A stretch of DNA of 59,807 nucleotides, filler included, from Nemertoderma westbladi (GCA_032718475.1; 3 parts of 3 records of this genome joined end to end with filler, not necessarily neighbours in it); one strand, 5' to 3'; shown: positions 39,641 to 53,186, counted from the whole stretch's first letter. Numbers and translations: made by a program. The notes: generated by a model from the sequence alone, not told the origin.

Positions 39641-40718
39641 TGGGTCTACTCTCTCTTCACTCCTGGGTTAAATGTTGTACAACTTACTGGGTCTACTCTC
39701 TCTTCACTCCTGGGTTAAATGTTGTACAACTTACTGGGTCTACTCTCTCTTCACTCCTGGGTTAAATGTTGTACAACTTACTGGGTCTACTCTCTCTTCA
39801 CTCCTGGGTTAAATGTTGTACAACTTACTGGGTCTACTCTCTCTTCACTCCTGGGTTAAATGTTGTACAACTTACTGGGTCTACTCTCTCTTCACTCCTG
39901 GGTTAAATGTTGTACAACTTACTGGGTCTACTCTCTCTTCACTCCTGGGTTAAATGTTGTACAACTTACTGGGTCTACTCTCTCTTCACTCCTGGGTTAA
40001 ATGTTGTACAACTTACTGGGTCTACTCTCTCTTCACTCCTGGGTTAAATGTTGTACAACTTACAGGGTCTACTCTCTCTTCACTCCTGGGTTAAATGTTG
40101 TACAACTTACTGGGTCTACTCTCTCTTCACTCCTGGGTTAAATGTTGTACAACTTACTGGGTCTACTCTCTCTTCACTCCTGGGTTAAATGTTGTACAAC
40201 CTACTGGGTCTACTCTCTCTTCACTCCTGTGTTAAATGTTGTACAACTTACTGGGTCTACTCTCTCTTCACTCCTGGGTTAAATGTTGTACAACTTACTG
40301 GGTCTACTCTCTCTTCACTCCTGGGTTAAATGTTGTACAACTTACTGTGTCTACTCTCTCTCCACTTTCGGGTTAAATGTTGTACAACTTACTGGGTCTA
40401 CTCTCTCTCCACTTTCGGATTAAATGTTGTACAACTTACTGGGTCTACTCTCTCTCCACTTTCGGGATAAATGTTGTACAACTTACTGGGTCTACTCTCT
40501 CTCCACTTTCGGGTTAAATGTTGTACAACTTACTGGGTCTACTCTCTCTCCACTTTCGGGATAAATGTTGTACAACTTACTGGGTCTACTCTCTCTCCAC
40601 TTTCGGGTTAAATGTTGTACAACTTACTGGGTCTACTCTCTCTTCACTCTTGGGTTAAATGTTGTACAAATTACTGGGTCTACTCTCTCTTCACTCCTGG
40701 GTTAAATGTTGTACAACT
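39641..40718. repeat. 47-bp satellite, left part
   Basis: TGGGTCTACTCTCTCTTCACTCCTGGGTTAAATGTTGTACAACTTAC, ~23 units, two subtypes. Confidence 0.97.
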
Positions 40719-42322
40719 TGTTGCCGTTATTCCCGACACCATGGGGGAAAACGCCGATGCTGGAGGTGGAATTTTTAAACCACGGGATTCCGGCCAGTCA
40801 CCGGATATTGGGAGTGGAGAAGGAGTACTTTCTTAAATGCAGGATTGCGGTTGACAAAAGGTTGCATTGGTTGGATATAATCTTTTAATGTAACTTTCCT
40901 ATAGTTGAATCTTGATTGAATCCTGATTGAGAATAAGTTGGGCTTCCCCACATCAATATACACCAAATATTCACAATAATATACGACAATATAAATTCCT
41001 ACAGTACATTATTTAATTACCCACTGTTCGCTTTAGATTTGAACCTAACTAATGTTCCCCATTTTCCCTCGGTCCTAGTCTTGGTACCGTAGTGTCGGTG
41101 TCGGTCGACCCTGTTGCGTGTCTGTCCCACCCTTCCCGAACCCCGAAGGGATCGGTCATCAGAAAAGCGGTATGGCTTGGCTAAGGGTCGGTCAAGTCGG
41201 TAGACCCGGTTGCGTGTCCGTCCCACCCTTCCCGAACCCCGAAGGGATCGGTTATCAGGAAAGCGGTACGGCTTGGCTAGGGGTCTGTCGAGTCGGTGGA
41301 CCCGGTTGCGTGTCCGTCCCACACTTCCCGAACCCCGAAGGGATCGGTCATCAGGAAAGTGGTACGGCTTGGCTAGGGGTCTGTCGAGTCGGTGGACCCG
41401 TTTGCGTGTCCGTCCCACCCTTCCCGAACCCCGAAGGGATCGGTCATCAGGAAAGCAGTACGGCTTGGCTAGGGGTCCGTCGGTTCATCACAGGGACCCA
41501 ACCACCTAAGCTTTCCAAATCCTTTTCAGGCTCGTAGTCGCTTCGGTAGCCGAGAAGCTGCTCCGAACAGTTGGTAGGCCAGTGGAGTCCGGTCCTTTGT
41601 CTTTCGACCCCGTTGCGTGTCCATCCCACCCTTCCCGAACCCCGAAGGGATCGGTCATCAGGAAAGCGGTACGGCTTGGCAAGGGGTCTGTCAGCCCGTT
41701 GTGAGTCCCAACTGTTGGTAGTTTTCCGAGTCCTTATTCAGGCTCGTACTAACGCCGGTCGTGGAACCCACTCCAGGAAGGCAGTCCTCGTCGAACTCTT
41801 CCTCCGTTTAGTCGGTCGACCCGTCGCAAGTCCCTGGCATAGTTGGCAAGCTTTCCGAGTCCTTATTCAGGCTCGTAATAACTGCCGGTGACCAGGGACC
41901 ATTAAGGATCTGTCTGTCGGTTCCCGTCGCAAATCCCTGACACAAGCAGCAGACTTTCCGAGTCCTTATTCAGGCTCGTAATAACTGCTGTTGGCCAGGG
42001 ACCGCTAAGGGCAGTGCTTGTCCCTAGGCCTAGCGAGTTATCAAATCCACCTCTACAGGCAGCAGGAAGTTGGCTAGGCCTAATAGTATTCAGGTAAACC
42101 TGAGTACTGCATAATTTTGCTTCCCACCCCTGGCCCTTAAATATCTGAAATGAGTCCCGTACACCGTAAGTCGCCCCAATATTCCCCCGTAAATTGCCCC
42201 CAGTCCATTGAATGTACCCAAATTCCATGTTCCCGCACCTAGTATTGATATTGGAATATTCATTCCAAATAAATCCGAAAAATGTTCAACTCGCGTTAAG
42301 AAAAGTTGAAATACCGCGAACA
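40719..42322 (-). repeat. 3' LTR (1604 bp)
   Basis: Direct repeat of 53187-54805; preceded on the minus strand by a G7 polypurine tract (42323-42331). Confidence 0.95.
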
Positions 42323-42711
42323 GTCCCCCCCAATGACCTTCGTGAGGTCTATCGGTAGATCGAGTTTGCGTAGGTCATTTCCCATATAAAAAACCCAAAT
42401 TTTAATATTGCATAGTCTTGATTAATTTTTCCTAGAGTTAGTTTATGTAAATATATAAAAAATAAATGTTCGATATAAATGTCCCTGGAATATCCTGGTC
42501 CTCTATTTCTTACTCTGATACGCCTTTCTCCTCTTCGCCCGTCTACTCTCGTCGATCGCCAGTGCTGGTAGGGGAGCATCCACGTCCATCGCGATCATCG
42601 CTGTGGCTTGTCTCCTGGCGGCTCTTCCTTTAGATGGTAGCGGGATCATATCCGTCCGTCTCTCCAACTCGGTGGTGCGTGCCTCTAGAAACCACTTTCT
42701 GTCACCGAATT

Positions 42712-45131
42712 CTAGAGAATTTCAGAGTATAAGCGCCTAAGGATCTTGAAGGGACCGAACAATCCAGCGCTTAATATTAGATCCATGTAGTGGAATGGTA
42801 GCGTCGCTGTTGTATGGAGGCGTTCTGGGAATGAGAAGTATCCGCACACCATTTCTTGCGCGATATTTCGAGCACTTCTCCGCACTTTGGTCTTTACGTG
42901 GTTATTGGCGTAGGTTTCAAACATAACCATATTTCCCATAGCAGTTACGTCCTCCGTAGGACACTTTATGTTACAACGGGGGCTTGCGGAATGTCCACGG
43001 AAGCCGCATTCTGTGCAGAGGTTGTAAAGGATAGGACAAACCGAAACATCGTGGCCCGATGTCGCGCAATAGGGACAGTAGAGTATCCCAAGGAGCTGGG
43101 GCACGAATCGGTAACCTGATTTCTCTTCCGCGTGGACACTGCTCTGAACTGCAGTTTCCGCACACCTCCAGTTGCATCTCCTGGCCGAAGAATATCGGAA
43201 TCGGTACGGCGGCATAATACTCCAGTCGTCGGTCGCTTTTGGGGATACTCGCCGTGGCCGGTAGCCCGCGGAAAGCTGGGCTTTGGCGTAGTATGTTCTC
43301 ACTTCGATAACCTTCTTTATATCCTGCCGGTCACATCCCGGTCACATCCCGGGCGCCCGTTTCTGGCGGTGGATCCACTCGGTCTGTTCAGCGTACCATC
43401 GGGTCAGTCGCATAGGGTCTTGTGGAATGGATGGGGCCGTTGCCACAGCTGGTCGCGAAGAGGTGCCGGGACGTTCGCCGGAGGAATTCCGAGGAGATCT
43501 ACGGGAGTCGGAGCAAGGCTGGGACCCTTTGCAACTTGTATCGCTGAGCGGCTCCATTGGGTGCTGGTACTTGGGATCTCCGAAGACCAGTCTTCTCCCC
43601 CCGGGAACGGATATGGAGACAACCTCTGACATATGTCGCCGAAGTCATTCAGCGCGAAGGTGGTTACTAGCTCCCTAGCGGGGCTACCGGAGCCAAGTGG
43701 GATGGATACGCCTGCTTCCGTCGCAGGTTCGGCCGAGGCAACCCGTTTGGCGGCCGGTTCGTATGCGACTTCCGGATCGAGTTGTCGCTTTGGGGTGGAC
43801 AGCAGAACACCTTCCTGTAGCCATAATTCCTCCCCATCCGAAGATATCAGTGGTTCCTCTGCACCGAGGAGATCAGCAATCGTAGGGATGTCGAATGGTC
43901 CATTATCGTCCCAGGATGCGATGACGTGGAGCGTTTTCGTCTGTCCCGGTGGAATATTCTCTACCGCTTTGAATGCGTGGTCGATAACTTCGTTCCACTC
44001 AAAGTCGATAAAGGATCTAGGAACCGCATTAATGAGATTATCGAGAGTCTTGCAGATGAACTTGGCAACTGTGTAAGATTCCATTATGACATAGATATAG
44101 TTCCGTCGATCCGGGTTCTCCCACTTGTGGTGGATCGTCTACTTTCTTTCTACGTCCTTCCAACGACCCTCTCGCTCACTCTTTATCTCTAATTCCGGGT
44201 ACGCACCATATATCTTATTATAATCCAGGAACTTCTGAGGTTTAAAGTCTATACCGCCGTTTAGTACCGCGAGGTAGCCGATACCGGATTTCGTCCGTCT
44301 TACCTCTCGGAATCCATGCATGAATTCTGTGGATCGCAACCAGGCTAACAGTGTTTGGGTGTCGACGCAATGACTAATGGCATTGAGATCTTCTCGACGG
44401 TTTCTTCCGAAAGGAGCGTTAGCGTAGTCGTTTCGAACGTCCGCCTTTATATCCGACCCAATTTTAATGACATCGAAATCGAATAGAATCTGTTGGATCT
44501 CCGGTGGTAATAGCCAGATCGCTCCAGCTGTCCGCACCTCCTGTTTGGGTGTCGGGAATATTCGACATATCAACACCAGACCATCTAGGGTTCCGAGGAC
44601 GACGACTAATGATCGACCGTATTCCTTCATCCCATACTTCTCCTGGTAGTCGTCGCGATTCTGGATAACTGATATACGTTCCTCTTGCAGCGTCGCTGTA
44701 CATTCCGCTAGGTTTCCCCAGTGGGTGAGGTACGTACTCTTGTCGTCGACGAAACTTTGGCATTGCGCCAACGTAATCGCTTTCGAAGTGGGCGTTGCGT
44801 TTCCCTCGTTGTCGTATATCAAACATCGGGATTTGTAGACGCTTTGCCGGAACGTTTCCCAGAACGACAACTCCGCTCCTCCGGTTGCCTTTGCGTTCCG
44901 AGTTCTTTTCAGGCTCGTACTAGCATCGGTCAACCGGAGCTCTCGTAGATTACAGGAATCCGGTCCCTCTCGCCCGGAGAATTTAATGATTCGCACATTC
45001 TCAGTTATCAGGGCGTTCCATTCCGCATCAAAGTTAGGAGATCCAGGCTGTGGATATTCCAGTAAATCTAGTGTATTACGTAATTCGCCGAGAATTTGGC
45101 GATTTGGGTCCATATTTTCAATTATGTCCAT
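42712..45131 (-). pseudogene. ORF3: DEDDy (WRN/RNase D-like) 3'-5' exonuclease plus C-terminal CCHC zinc knuckles, disrupted
   Basis: LIYDNEG (ExoI), LPPEIQQILFDFDVIKIGSDIKAD (ExoII), VDTQ, SGIGYLA, W...YIYVIMES (ExoIII-like, after in-frame TAG at 44139); CPYCATSGHDVSVC and CTECGFRGH; 11-bp duplication at 43327-43348 shifts the frame. Confidence 0.75.
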
Positions 45132-46363
45132 TGCAAATTTAAATCAGTTAATTATGAATCCAGAAAGTCTGATTCTATAGTGACTGCAGAATAATTCAGT
45201 TTATTTGTAATTCAGTTTATTAATTATTATTGCTATATAGGCATCTACCATCTTATTGCTACTACATTCAGTATTTACAGTTACTATAGCTATACATTAA
45301 TATCCAACCAGTTTTTGACTTTTTATGTCCTCTTCTTTTTCCAATTCTTTCCTTTCTACATTTTATACATATTTTTGTCTTTTTTCATTTCTCATTTATT
45401 ACTCATTTCACATTTCATTATTTCATTCCACATTTCATCATTTATTTCTACATTTCATCATTTATTACACCATTTATTACATATTTCATCATTGGGGTTA
45501 TAGCCCCCCGGCTATCATCATTTGTTATAAGCGCAGCACCAGGGTGCGCATCATTACATTTTCATCATCATACGCATCATCATTAAGTTTATAGTAGTGT
45601 CGTCTGTTTCTTTTCATCATTTCCAAACTACATTCAACCATCTTCTTTGGGAAATTTTCGTTGTGGAAGGGGTGTTACGCGGCAATCTGGGATCTACAGC
45701 TGGGCTAGTTACACCGCCTACGCCCCAAACTGCACACGTAATGGATAATGAAGATGCTGGAAGTGAAGTCACGTGGAATGCACCAGGGACCCACCAGAAT
45801 AACACTCCCAACAACATAAAGCTCAGCTGACGAAGTCATGTGGGATGGGGTTACGCAACATTCTGGGATCTACAGCTGGACTAGCTACACCGCCTACGCC
45901 CCAAAATCCACACAACGGTCCCACCAGAATAACGCGACTGAGAAACATAAAACCTCTATCGACGAAGTCATGTGGATGCACCATGGACCCACCAGAATAA
46001 CGGGACAGAGGGGGTGTTGCGCGGCAATCCAGGATCTACAGCTGGACTAGTTACACCGCCTACGCCCCGAACTGCGCACGCAACGGATAACACAATACAA
46101 CACAATGGATACAATGAATTCCACTTCAAATCTTTACCATTTCCAATAATCCAATATAGTTGGTCCCGATGACCAAAATCAGGGTGAACAATACATAAAC
46201 TACCCTGCGTCAGTCGAAACATCTGCAGGGTGACGCTGGACTCCACATAACACACGAGGAAACACAAATACCATTGCGTGGTTACAGTTGGTTTAAGGGG
46301 GGTCCATAATTCATTGTCAGTAAATCACAGTTTAAAAGAGTTTGTCAACAGGATGAGAAGGGT

Positions 46364-49300
46364 TTAAACGGGTTTAGCATTGTCACCAATGTCCGCAGCA
46401 GGATCCTGAGTAGGGAACTTATCACCTCTCGTAGAGTCACCGCTGTCATTGCCTTCGAGAAGGCACAGCCTCTGGATAGGGCGTTGGTAGTGGCCCTTTG
46501 CCGTTCGTATCGTCACAGTCCTCGCAAGTCCGTCTTTACTTGGGGTTATTGCCACGACTCGCGCCACAGGCCAGTGGACGCGGTCCACAAGGCCTTCCTT
46601 AACTAGCACCATGTCGCCAACTGCGACGTTCCTGTAGGTGTTATTCCACTTCCTCCTGGTCCGGAGGGTTATGAGGTAGTCTTGGGCCCAGATTCTCCAC
46701 CAATGCGCTGCCAACGCTTGGGCCTTTTTCCAATTGGTATGTCTCGCGATATCGTTGGGATCTGGGAACATCACCTTTGGAAGAATGTTGGTTTTGGGTC
46801 TTCAGAGTAGATGGTTAGGTGTAAGAGGCTCTAGATCTGTGGGGTCGTCGTGGATAGGTACGATGGGCCGGTTGTTTAGGGTAGCCGTGATCTCGCAGAA
46901 TGTTGTGCGAAGGGTGTCGTGGGTTACCCGGGTATCCCCTAATGCGACGCGCATGGATCGTTCCACCAAGTCGATGAGCTTCTCCCATACCCCACTCGTA
47001 TGGGGTGCCAAGGGTGTTTGGAAGTGCCATTGTATATGGTGTTCCCTCCAGACTTGGGATGCGGTCTCTTCGGTGAACCATCCCTCGATCGCCTCTCTAA
47101 GTTCTCTTTCTCCTCCCACGAAGTTCGTTCCATTATCGGAGTACATATGACGACATGTTCCATTGTTTGCCACGAACCGATGCGTGTTGCATAAGGTATA
47201 CTACGAGGTCTAGGTAAATCGCCCTAGACCTAAGGCATGTAAAGATGTCTCCCCAGCATTTGATGTTGGATCGTCGCTCGATGACTGTAAATGGTCCGAA
47301 ACAGTCTACTCCGGTTACGTAGAACGGTGGTGAGTCGGACTGCAGTTGTGTAGCTGGTAGGTCAGCCATTCTTTGTGTGAGCGGTGGCGCTAGGTATCTT
47401 CTGCAAGGGAAACAACACCTTAATACTTTCCGGATCAGTGGCTGGATATGGGTGATCCAGTATCTTTGACGGATTTTAGCCATAATCCAGTTCTGGCCCG
47501 CATGATGGTTTTCCTCATGACACTGTTGGATTAATAGCTTGGCTAGTGTTGACGTTCCGGGCAGAAGCGCTGGGTATTTGACTTCATATTCGACCGGGGC
47601 GTTTGCCATCCGGGTATTTAGTAGAATCAGTCCATCTTCCCCCATCATGGGTCTCAATTGGTAGACTGGACTGTCCGGTTTCAAGGTCTTGCCCGCACTG
47701 AGCTGTTCCCACTCATCGGGGAAACTTTCATTCTGGATATATCTAACAATACATTTCTCCGCAATAATGAGTTCTTGTATACTTCGTCTGAACTACCGGT
47801 TTGTTATCCCTCCACCGCAGGAAGTTGCGAAGAGTTATGACGTGGTGGATAAGACGTCTCATTGAGGAGCCTCCCGAGTCCTTTGCAGGCTCGGTCAGGC
47901 AACTATAGATCTCCACGGTGGCGCTTCTATGGACTTTACGAATCTCCTTGTCGTCTTCGGAGTATTTTCCGCTATCTAGTTCGGGATCGAATCGGGTACT
48001 CCAGGTTAATTGTGGCTGCTGTAGGAATTCCGGGCCTGTGAGCCAAAGTTTACTCTTACCGAGCTGTCGTGGGGTGGCGCCTCTGCTCGATAAGTCCGCT
48101 GGGTTTTCTTTCCCGTTTACATGGTGCCACTGTTTATTTCCGTGGCTCTGTTCGCTACGAACGTGGTGTGTCGCCGTGATGGTGAGTGGAGGTAGTAGAG
48201 TACGATACTCGAATCAACCCAGAAATGCTGCGATTCGATGGGGATTCTTAAGTTCCGCATGATCATGCAGTTCTGCCTCACTGCCCAAACTGCGGCCTGT
48301 AGCTCGAGTCTCGGTATCGTTGCTACGAATTCCGACTACGCCGATTCCGGTATTCGATGCATCCGAGAAAGTATGGAGCTGGAATATATCGGTGGGTAGT
48401 TTATCGAGGAAGAATGGTCGAGGGATCCGCATAAGATGTAGATGTACGAGTTGTTCCGTCCACTTTCTCCATTTGGCACTGAGGTGTGGGGGGAGTTCTT
48501 CGTCCCATCCCAGTCCTTCTATCCACATCTCTTTGATCAAATTCATTCCGGCCAATGTTACTGGAGATATGAAGTTTAGTGGATCAAATATGGCACTCTT
48601 TATAGATAAACATCCCCTTTTTGTCATGGGTTTGGGTAGGGGGTTATATTTGAAGATGAACTGATCCAATTCTATGTCCCATTCGATACCGAGTACACGG
48701 TGATCCACACCCTTGGAATACATTTTATTGTCGTCTAGTCTGATTTCCTCTGGGAACTTTTCCATAAGTTCTTTATCATTGGATCTAAACTTTACGAGAG
48801 GGAAGCCTCCTCTCTTTAAACATTCCACCATTCCCATCGCCAGCTGATATGCCTTGTTGACATTATCGGCACCAGCGCATCCGTCGTCTACGTAGAAACA
48901 TCGTCGGATGGTCTCTATGACTGTCGGAGGGAACTCATTTTCGAACATAGCCGCTGTTTTCTTCAGCATGTCGCTACACGCCACCGGCGAGTCCTTAGCG
49001 CCGAAGATTCTGACAATCATGCGCATTACGTCCACATCCTTCAAGGTGAGTTGATTTATCACCTGTGGAGTTAATGTTTTATCTGTCCACAATATACGTA
49101 GACAATCTGAGTCTCTTGGTAGCGTTCGGACCTCGTGGAACATCGCTTTGATGTCGTATGTGAAGGCTATTCGGTTTTCCCTGAACCTGATCAACACACC
49201 GATGAGTGTACTGTAGATGTTGGGCCCTGTATAAAGTTGACTATTCAGGGATTCGCCCTGATACATAGACGCAGCATCATTTACTACCCGGATTTTACCG

Positions 49301-52300
49301 CCCTTCCGGGCTTCTACCACATAGTGGGTTGGGAGATAATACGTCCGTCTAGTCCCCTGCAGTTCATTCCAGGGTACCATTTCCACCAATCCATCTTCTA
49401 AATATCCTTTAATTACGTTATTGTATTTCTCCTTTATCTCGGGTAGGTTGTTTAACCGGCGTAGGATTCCCTTTTAAGCCTCCTAAGGGCCATGCTGGCA
49501 TTATTCGCCATCGGTCTATCTGGGTCTTTCCAAAGCATGGGCGAACACCAATGTCCGTCTTTGAACGTTGCCCGATCAAGAATGTCGATACAATATTGAT
49601 CTTCCTCGGATGGGTTCTCATCCTTCTCAGCAAACTCTTGGGTCTCTAAGTTAAAGTACATGGTCATCTCCTGCTGGGTTTTTTCAGTTTCCAGGAATAA
49701 ATCCTCGTCCAGGTCGGTTGCTGAACAGTAACCCATGGATGTTGCATTCTCTTTGATCTGGCATTTAGGGAGATATGTATATGTGTCGGTAGTCTCCTCT
49801 TTGATGCCACAGAGTGTCCATCCCATGATGGTGCGCTCCGCATAAAAACCGTCGTCCGGCTTTACGGATCGGGCGACGTCTCCGGTTGGTATATGTAATT
49901 CCGGTGTGTCGAGTCCGATTAATAGGGTAATTCGGTTCACGTCCAATGGCGGGCATCGTAGATCTACATCTTCCCGGTCTAGCTGTTTGAGGGGTGCATA
50001 TTCAGATGATTGTCGGAACCGCACTCGGAGATCGGTGTGTACCAGAGCGTTTTTGATCGTCAGTTTGACCGTCTCGTAACCCTTCATAACCCCTTCCATC
50101 TTGAGTTGTACCTCCCTGGACTCCACTTCTCTATGGTCGGTTATAGTTTGTATGGGCCGTTTGCAAGGTTCGTAGTCTAGGCCTAGTTGTTCGAGGAAAT
50201 CCCAGTCGATGATGATTCCATCCGACCCGTTGTCAAGGAACGCAAGCGTTGTTAAGGATTTCCCGACCCATTGGATTCTTACTGGGATCACTTTGGCGAA
50301 GACCATGTAACAGCGGTTTATAAGATTGACCGTAGCCGATATACTGGTCACATGGGATACATCGGTGGCAGTCTTAAACGGATTGGTTTCCCTCCGCTGA
50401 ATCGTCCGGGTTCCCTTAGAGACGTGATTCGTTTCTCCTCTCCATTTGGATTCGATCCGGAACGGTAGGGTGGTAAAATCGAAGTTCGCAGGGATGTGGA
50501 AGAGTGTGTGATGGCGTAGGTCATTACAGACCACACAGCACGATCTTTGGTCGCAATCCTGAAAGTAGTGACCTGTTCCGAGACACCGGAAGCATCCTCG
50601 GTGTTTCATTATTGCCTCAAAGCGTGGAACGAGTTCGGCAAACTGGAACTTTCTGCAGAATTCCACCTTGTGTTTCTCCCCGCAGAAGAGACATAGAAGG
50701 GAGGTTGTGGTGCCTTCCCTTTCGGGTGCCCAGTTCGCTAGATAACACGCCCATTCCTCGGCTGATGTCGGTTCCTCGTAGTCCTCATCGTCGGAATCTT
50801 CGGCCATGGTGATGGCTATCGTACTTACCGGAGGGGGGCGGAATCTCGGTTTCGAAGTTGGTGCCCTGCTCCTAGAGTTGTTCTCTATTCCGTCTAAATT
50901 GGAGAGACTTTGTTTGGAGAACATCGAGTCATTCATGGTTTCGGATATATCATCTAAGAATGCCGACATTTCGAGGAAACTGGGATCCCGATCCGGGTGT
51001 CTGCGTCTGAGATCGACGCATTTATACTCCCATTTGCTTTGCAGCCATCCGGGGAACTTTCGGGCAATCTGTCGGAGGTTTAAGATGTTGTTTACTTGTT
51101 CCTCCTTGTTTAATGGTTTTAAAGTATAGTAGGCATCTTTCATAGAGTCCGAGAACTCTTGGATATTCTGTGGGTCCCCTAGGGATCCAGCGTCCTGTAT
51201 CAGTTTTCCGAGTGTCGTATTAATTATAGTTCCGATGTATCCGTATCTTTTATCTAGAGTTTTCCATGCGTCATGGTACGCTTCGTGAGATCCTCCTTCG
51301 AAACATTTAATGATTCGACGTGGTTTGTCACCAAGGTATTGGGATAAATATACCAGTTTTTGTGTGTCGGTTATATCCGTTGACCCGATCTGAGCGAAGA
51401 ACCGTTTCTTAAATCCGAGGTAATCGACGGGATCTCCCTCGAAGGTGCGGTTCTCCATCTTGGGCATAGCCAGGCAGTTTTCCAAGGCTCGGATGATGCC
51501 GACGTCGTCCGAACTGGAATGACTAGGAGGATTGTAGTTACTAACACTCTCTCCCATGCACGATGGATTGATGAGAGGTGGAGTTTTAATGATGATGCGG
51601 TTACGGATTTTCAGTGTGGATGTGAACGGATTGTTGGATCGAGGGGTGGCGTCCCGTTCCGAGTCCTTTTCAGGCTCGTACTGGGGAATGCTCAGTGCCA
51701 TGGGATTGGATAGGAAATAAGGTTCCTCATTCTTAAGCGGAACCGGTGGGGGGTGGAATACTGGTGCTTGTGCCGATAACGTAGACTGTATGGTTGGCGG
51801 GAATTCGGGTTTTGGGGGTTCCGCAGCCGGTGGTGTAAATGACTTTTCTAACTCCGGGACCCGAATTGGTTCATAGTCCTGTTCTATACCCCTTTCCCAG
51901 TCCTCGTATAGTTGAGGGTCCCGTTCTATGAGTGCAGCTTCGTAATCTGTGAGTTTAGCAATATCCACATTCTTCTTGTGAATAAGAATCGCTTGGGCCT
52001 TCGTGTTCCATTTACGCATTTCGGCCTGTTGTTCGGCCTCTCGTATACGTAGTTCGGCCTGTTGTTCGGCCTCTTGTTTATTCCTTTCGGCCTCTTGTTT
52101 ACGTTTTTCGGCCTGTATTTCGGCCTCTTGCTTTTGTCGTTCGGCCTGTAGTTCTGCCTCCTGTTTATGTCTTTCCTCTGCCAGTACATCCTGTTCAATC
52201 TGCAGTTGGACATATTCGTCTACCATTCGAGCTTTAAGGGCCAATGCCCTCTGTTCTCGTAGCTGATCTTGGAGTGGTTGACCCCCTTGAGAACTGTGCG

Positions 52301-52979
52301 CTGAACCAGATATTTCGCTCCTAGCGCTGGAGTGCTGGTGCCTCGAAGACCCAGTTCCGGAGGTCCGTACCGATTCTGCATCCGCCCTTTCAGTTCTTTT
52401 ATACTACTGTTCCTCGTAGCCCCTTACGAGGCTGAGGGTCCTCCGATGTTGCTTGCGGAACTCGTCCAGATGTGCAACATGTTCTTCCAGTCTGGGGTAG
52501 TTTCCCAGATCGGTTGCGGGAATGAGTTCCTGATATGCCTGTATCATCCGTTCATATCGTTGTAAGATACTTCGGATATTCTATAGTTGAGTCTGTATAT
52601 CGCTGAGGGGGGTCTCGGCTCCCTTTAGTTGTTTCTCGATGCGGTGGTATGCTCGAGTCACTCCGCCTTTGAGAGCGCCCAGTCGACGGGCCATGTTCTT
52701 CACATTCGGTATCTCGTCGGTTTCCGAGTCTGTGTGGTGGACCATTTCATCGGTGTCGGAGACGTTATTCGTCGTCATTCTAGCGCCTCTTGCTAGATAG
52801 CAAGAGATTGCTAGATATGCGATGTCGTAAAATAGTTCTTCGTAGGTCTCGTATTCAGCCTGGACTACCCGAACGGTAATCCTGAATCGCCCAACGTTCG
52901 TTCCTTGTACTTCGACTTCGACGTGCCAGATTCCTGGCTCAACTTGGATTATATCAATAGGTGTGATCGATACTTCCAT
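46364..52979 (-). pseudogene. BEL/Pao gag-pol, disrupted by several stops and frameshifts
   Basis: Gag FEGDPVDYLGF and triple Cys-His boxes; protease FLDNGSD; RT YLPTH, DIKAMF, FG...SP, YVDD; RNase H LHTFSDAS, TIPRLEL, NPADLSSRG; integrase HH-CC, GVDCFGPF, SDNGTNF, GVWEKL; C-terminal WPVARV...RPIQRLCLLE. Confidence 0.95.
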
Positions 52980-53172
52980 TCTCTGTTAACGACTCTCTTA
53001 TCTATGATTTGCCGACTACAAGTTTTTAGTTTGAGTTTGTAATTTGATTGAACCATGGCTTTGTCTTAAATCAAATACCAGAGTTTCCTCGTAGTGGGTG
53101 CTGGGTAAGCATGGAGAGAGTTTGATGAGTACTGTAGAATTCCCAACTTCCACCAGTTGAAGTTGGCCGCGT

Positions 53173-53184
53173 CTTATTCTCAAT
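53173..53184 (-). promoter_or_regulatory. Primer-binding site, complementary to the element's own LTR (53393-53404)
   Basis: Minus-strand ATTGAGAATAAG starts 2 nt after the 5' LTR; no TGG tRNA-type PBS at that position. Confidence 0.7.
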
Positions 53185-53186
53185 TT

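Noticed and set aside
39641-40718. CRISPR-like array
   Set aside because: Head-to-tail units without unique spacers, no cas genes, eukaryotic context
41017-41537. Arg-rich repeat ORFs in the LTRs (also 53512-54005)
   Set aside because: By-product of a 96-bp GC-rich repeat open in several frames
41110-41692. Canonical hammerhead ribozyme in the 96-bp LTR repeat (CUGAUGA-stem-GAA)
   Set aside because: GAAG instead of GAAA, and no UH cleavage site or stem I partner strand
53137-53155. tRNA-type PBS TGGTGGAAGTTGGGAATTC
   Set aside because: About 31 nt from the LTR and inside a CCAACTTC/GAAGTTGG hairpin; wrong spacing, though not formally excluded without a tRNA search
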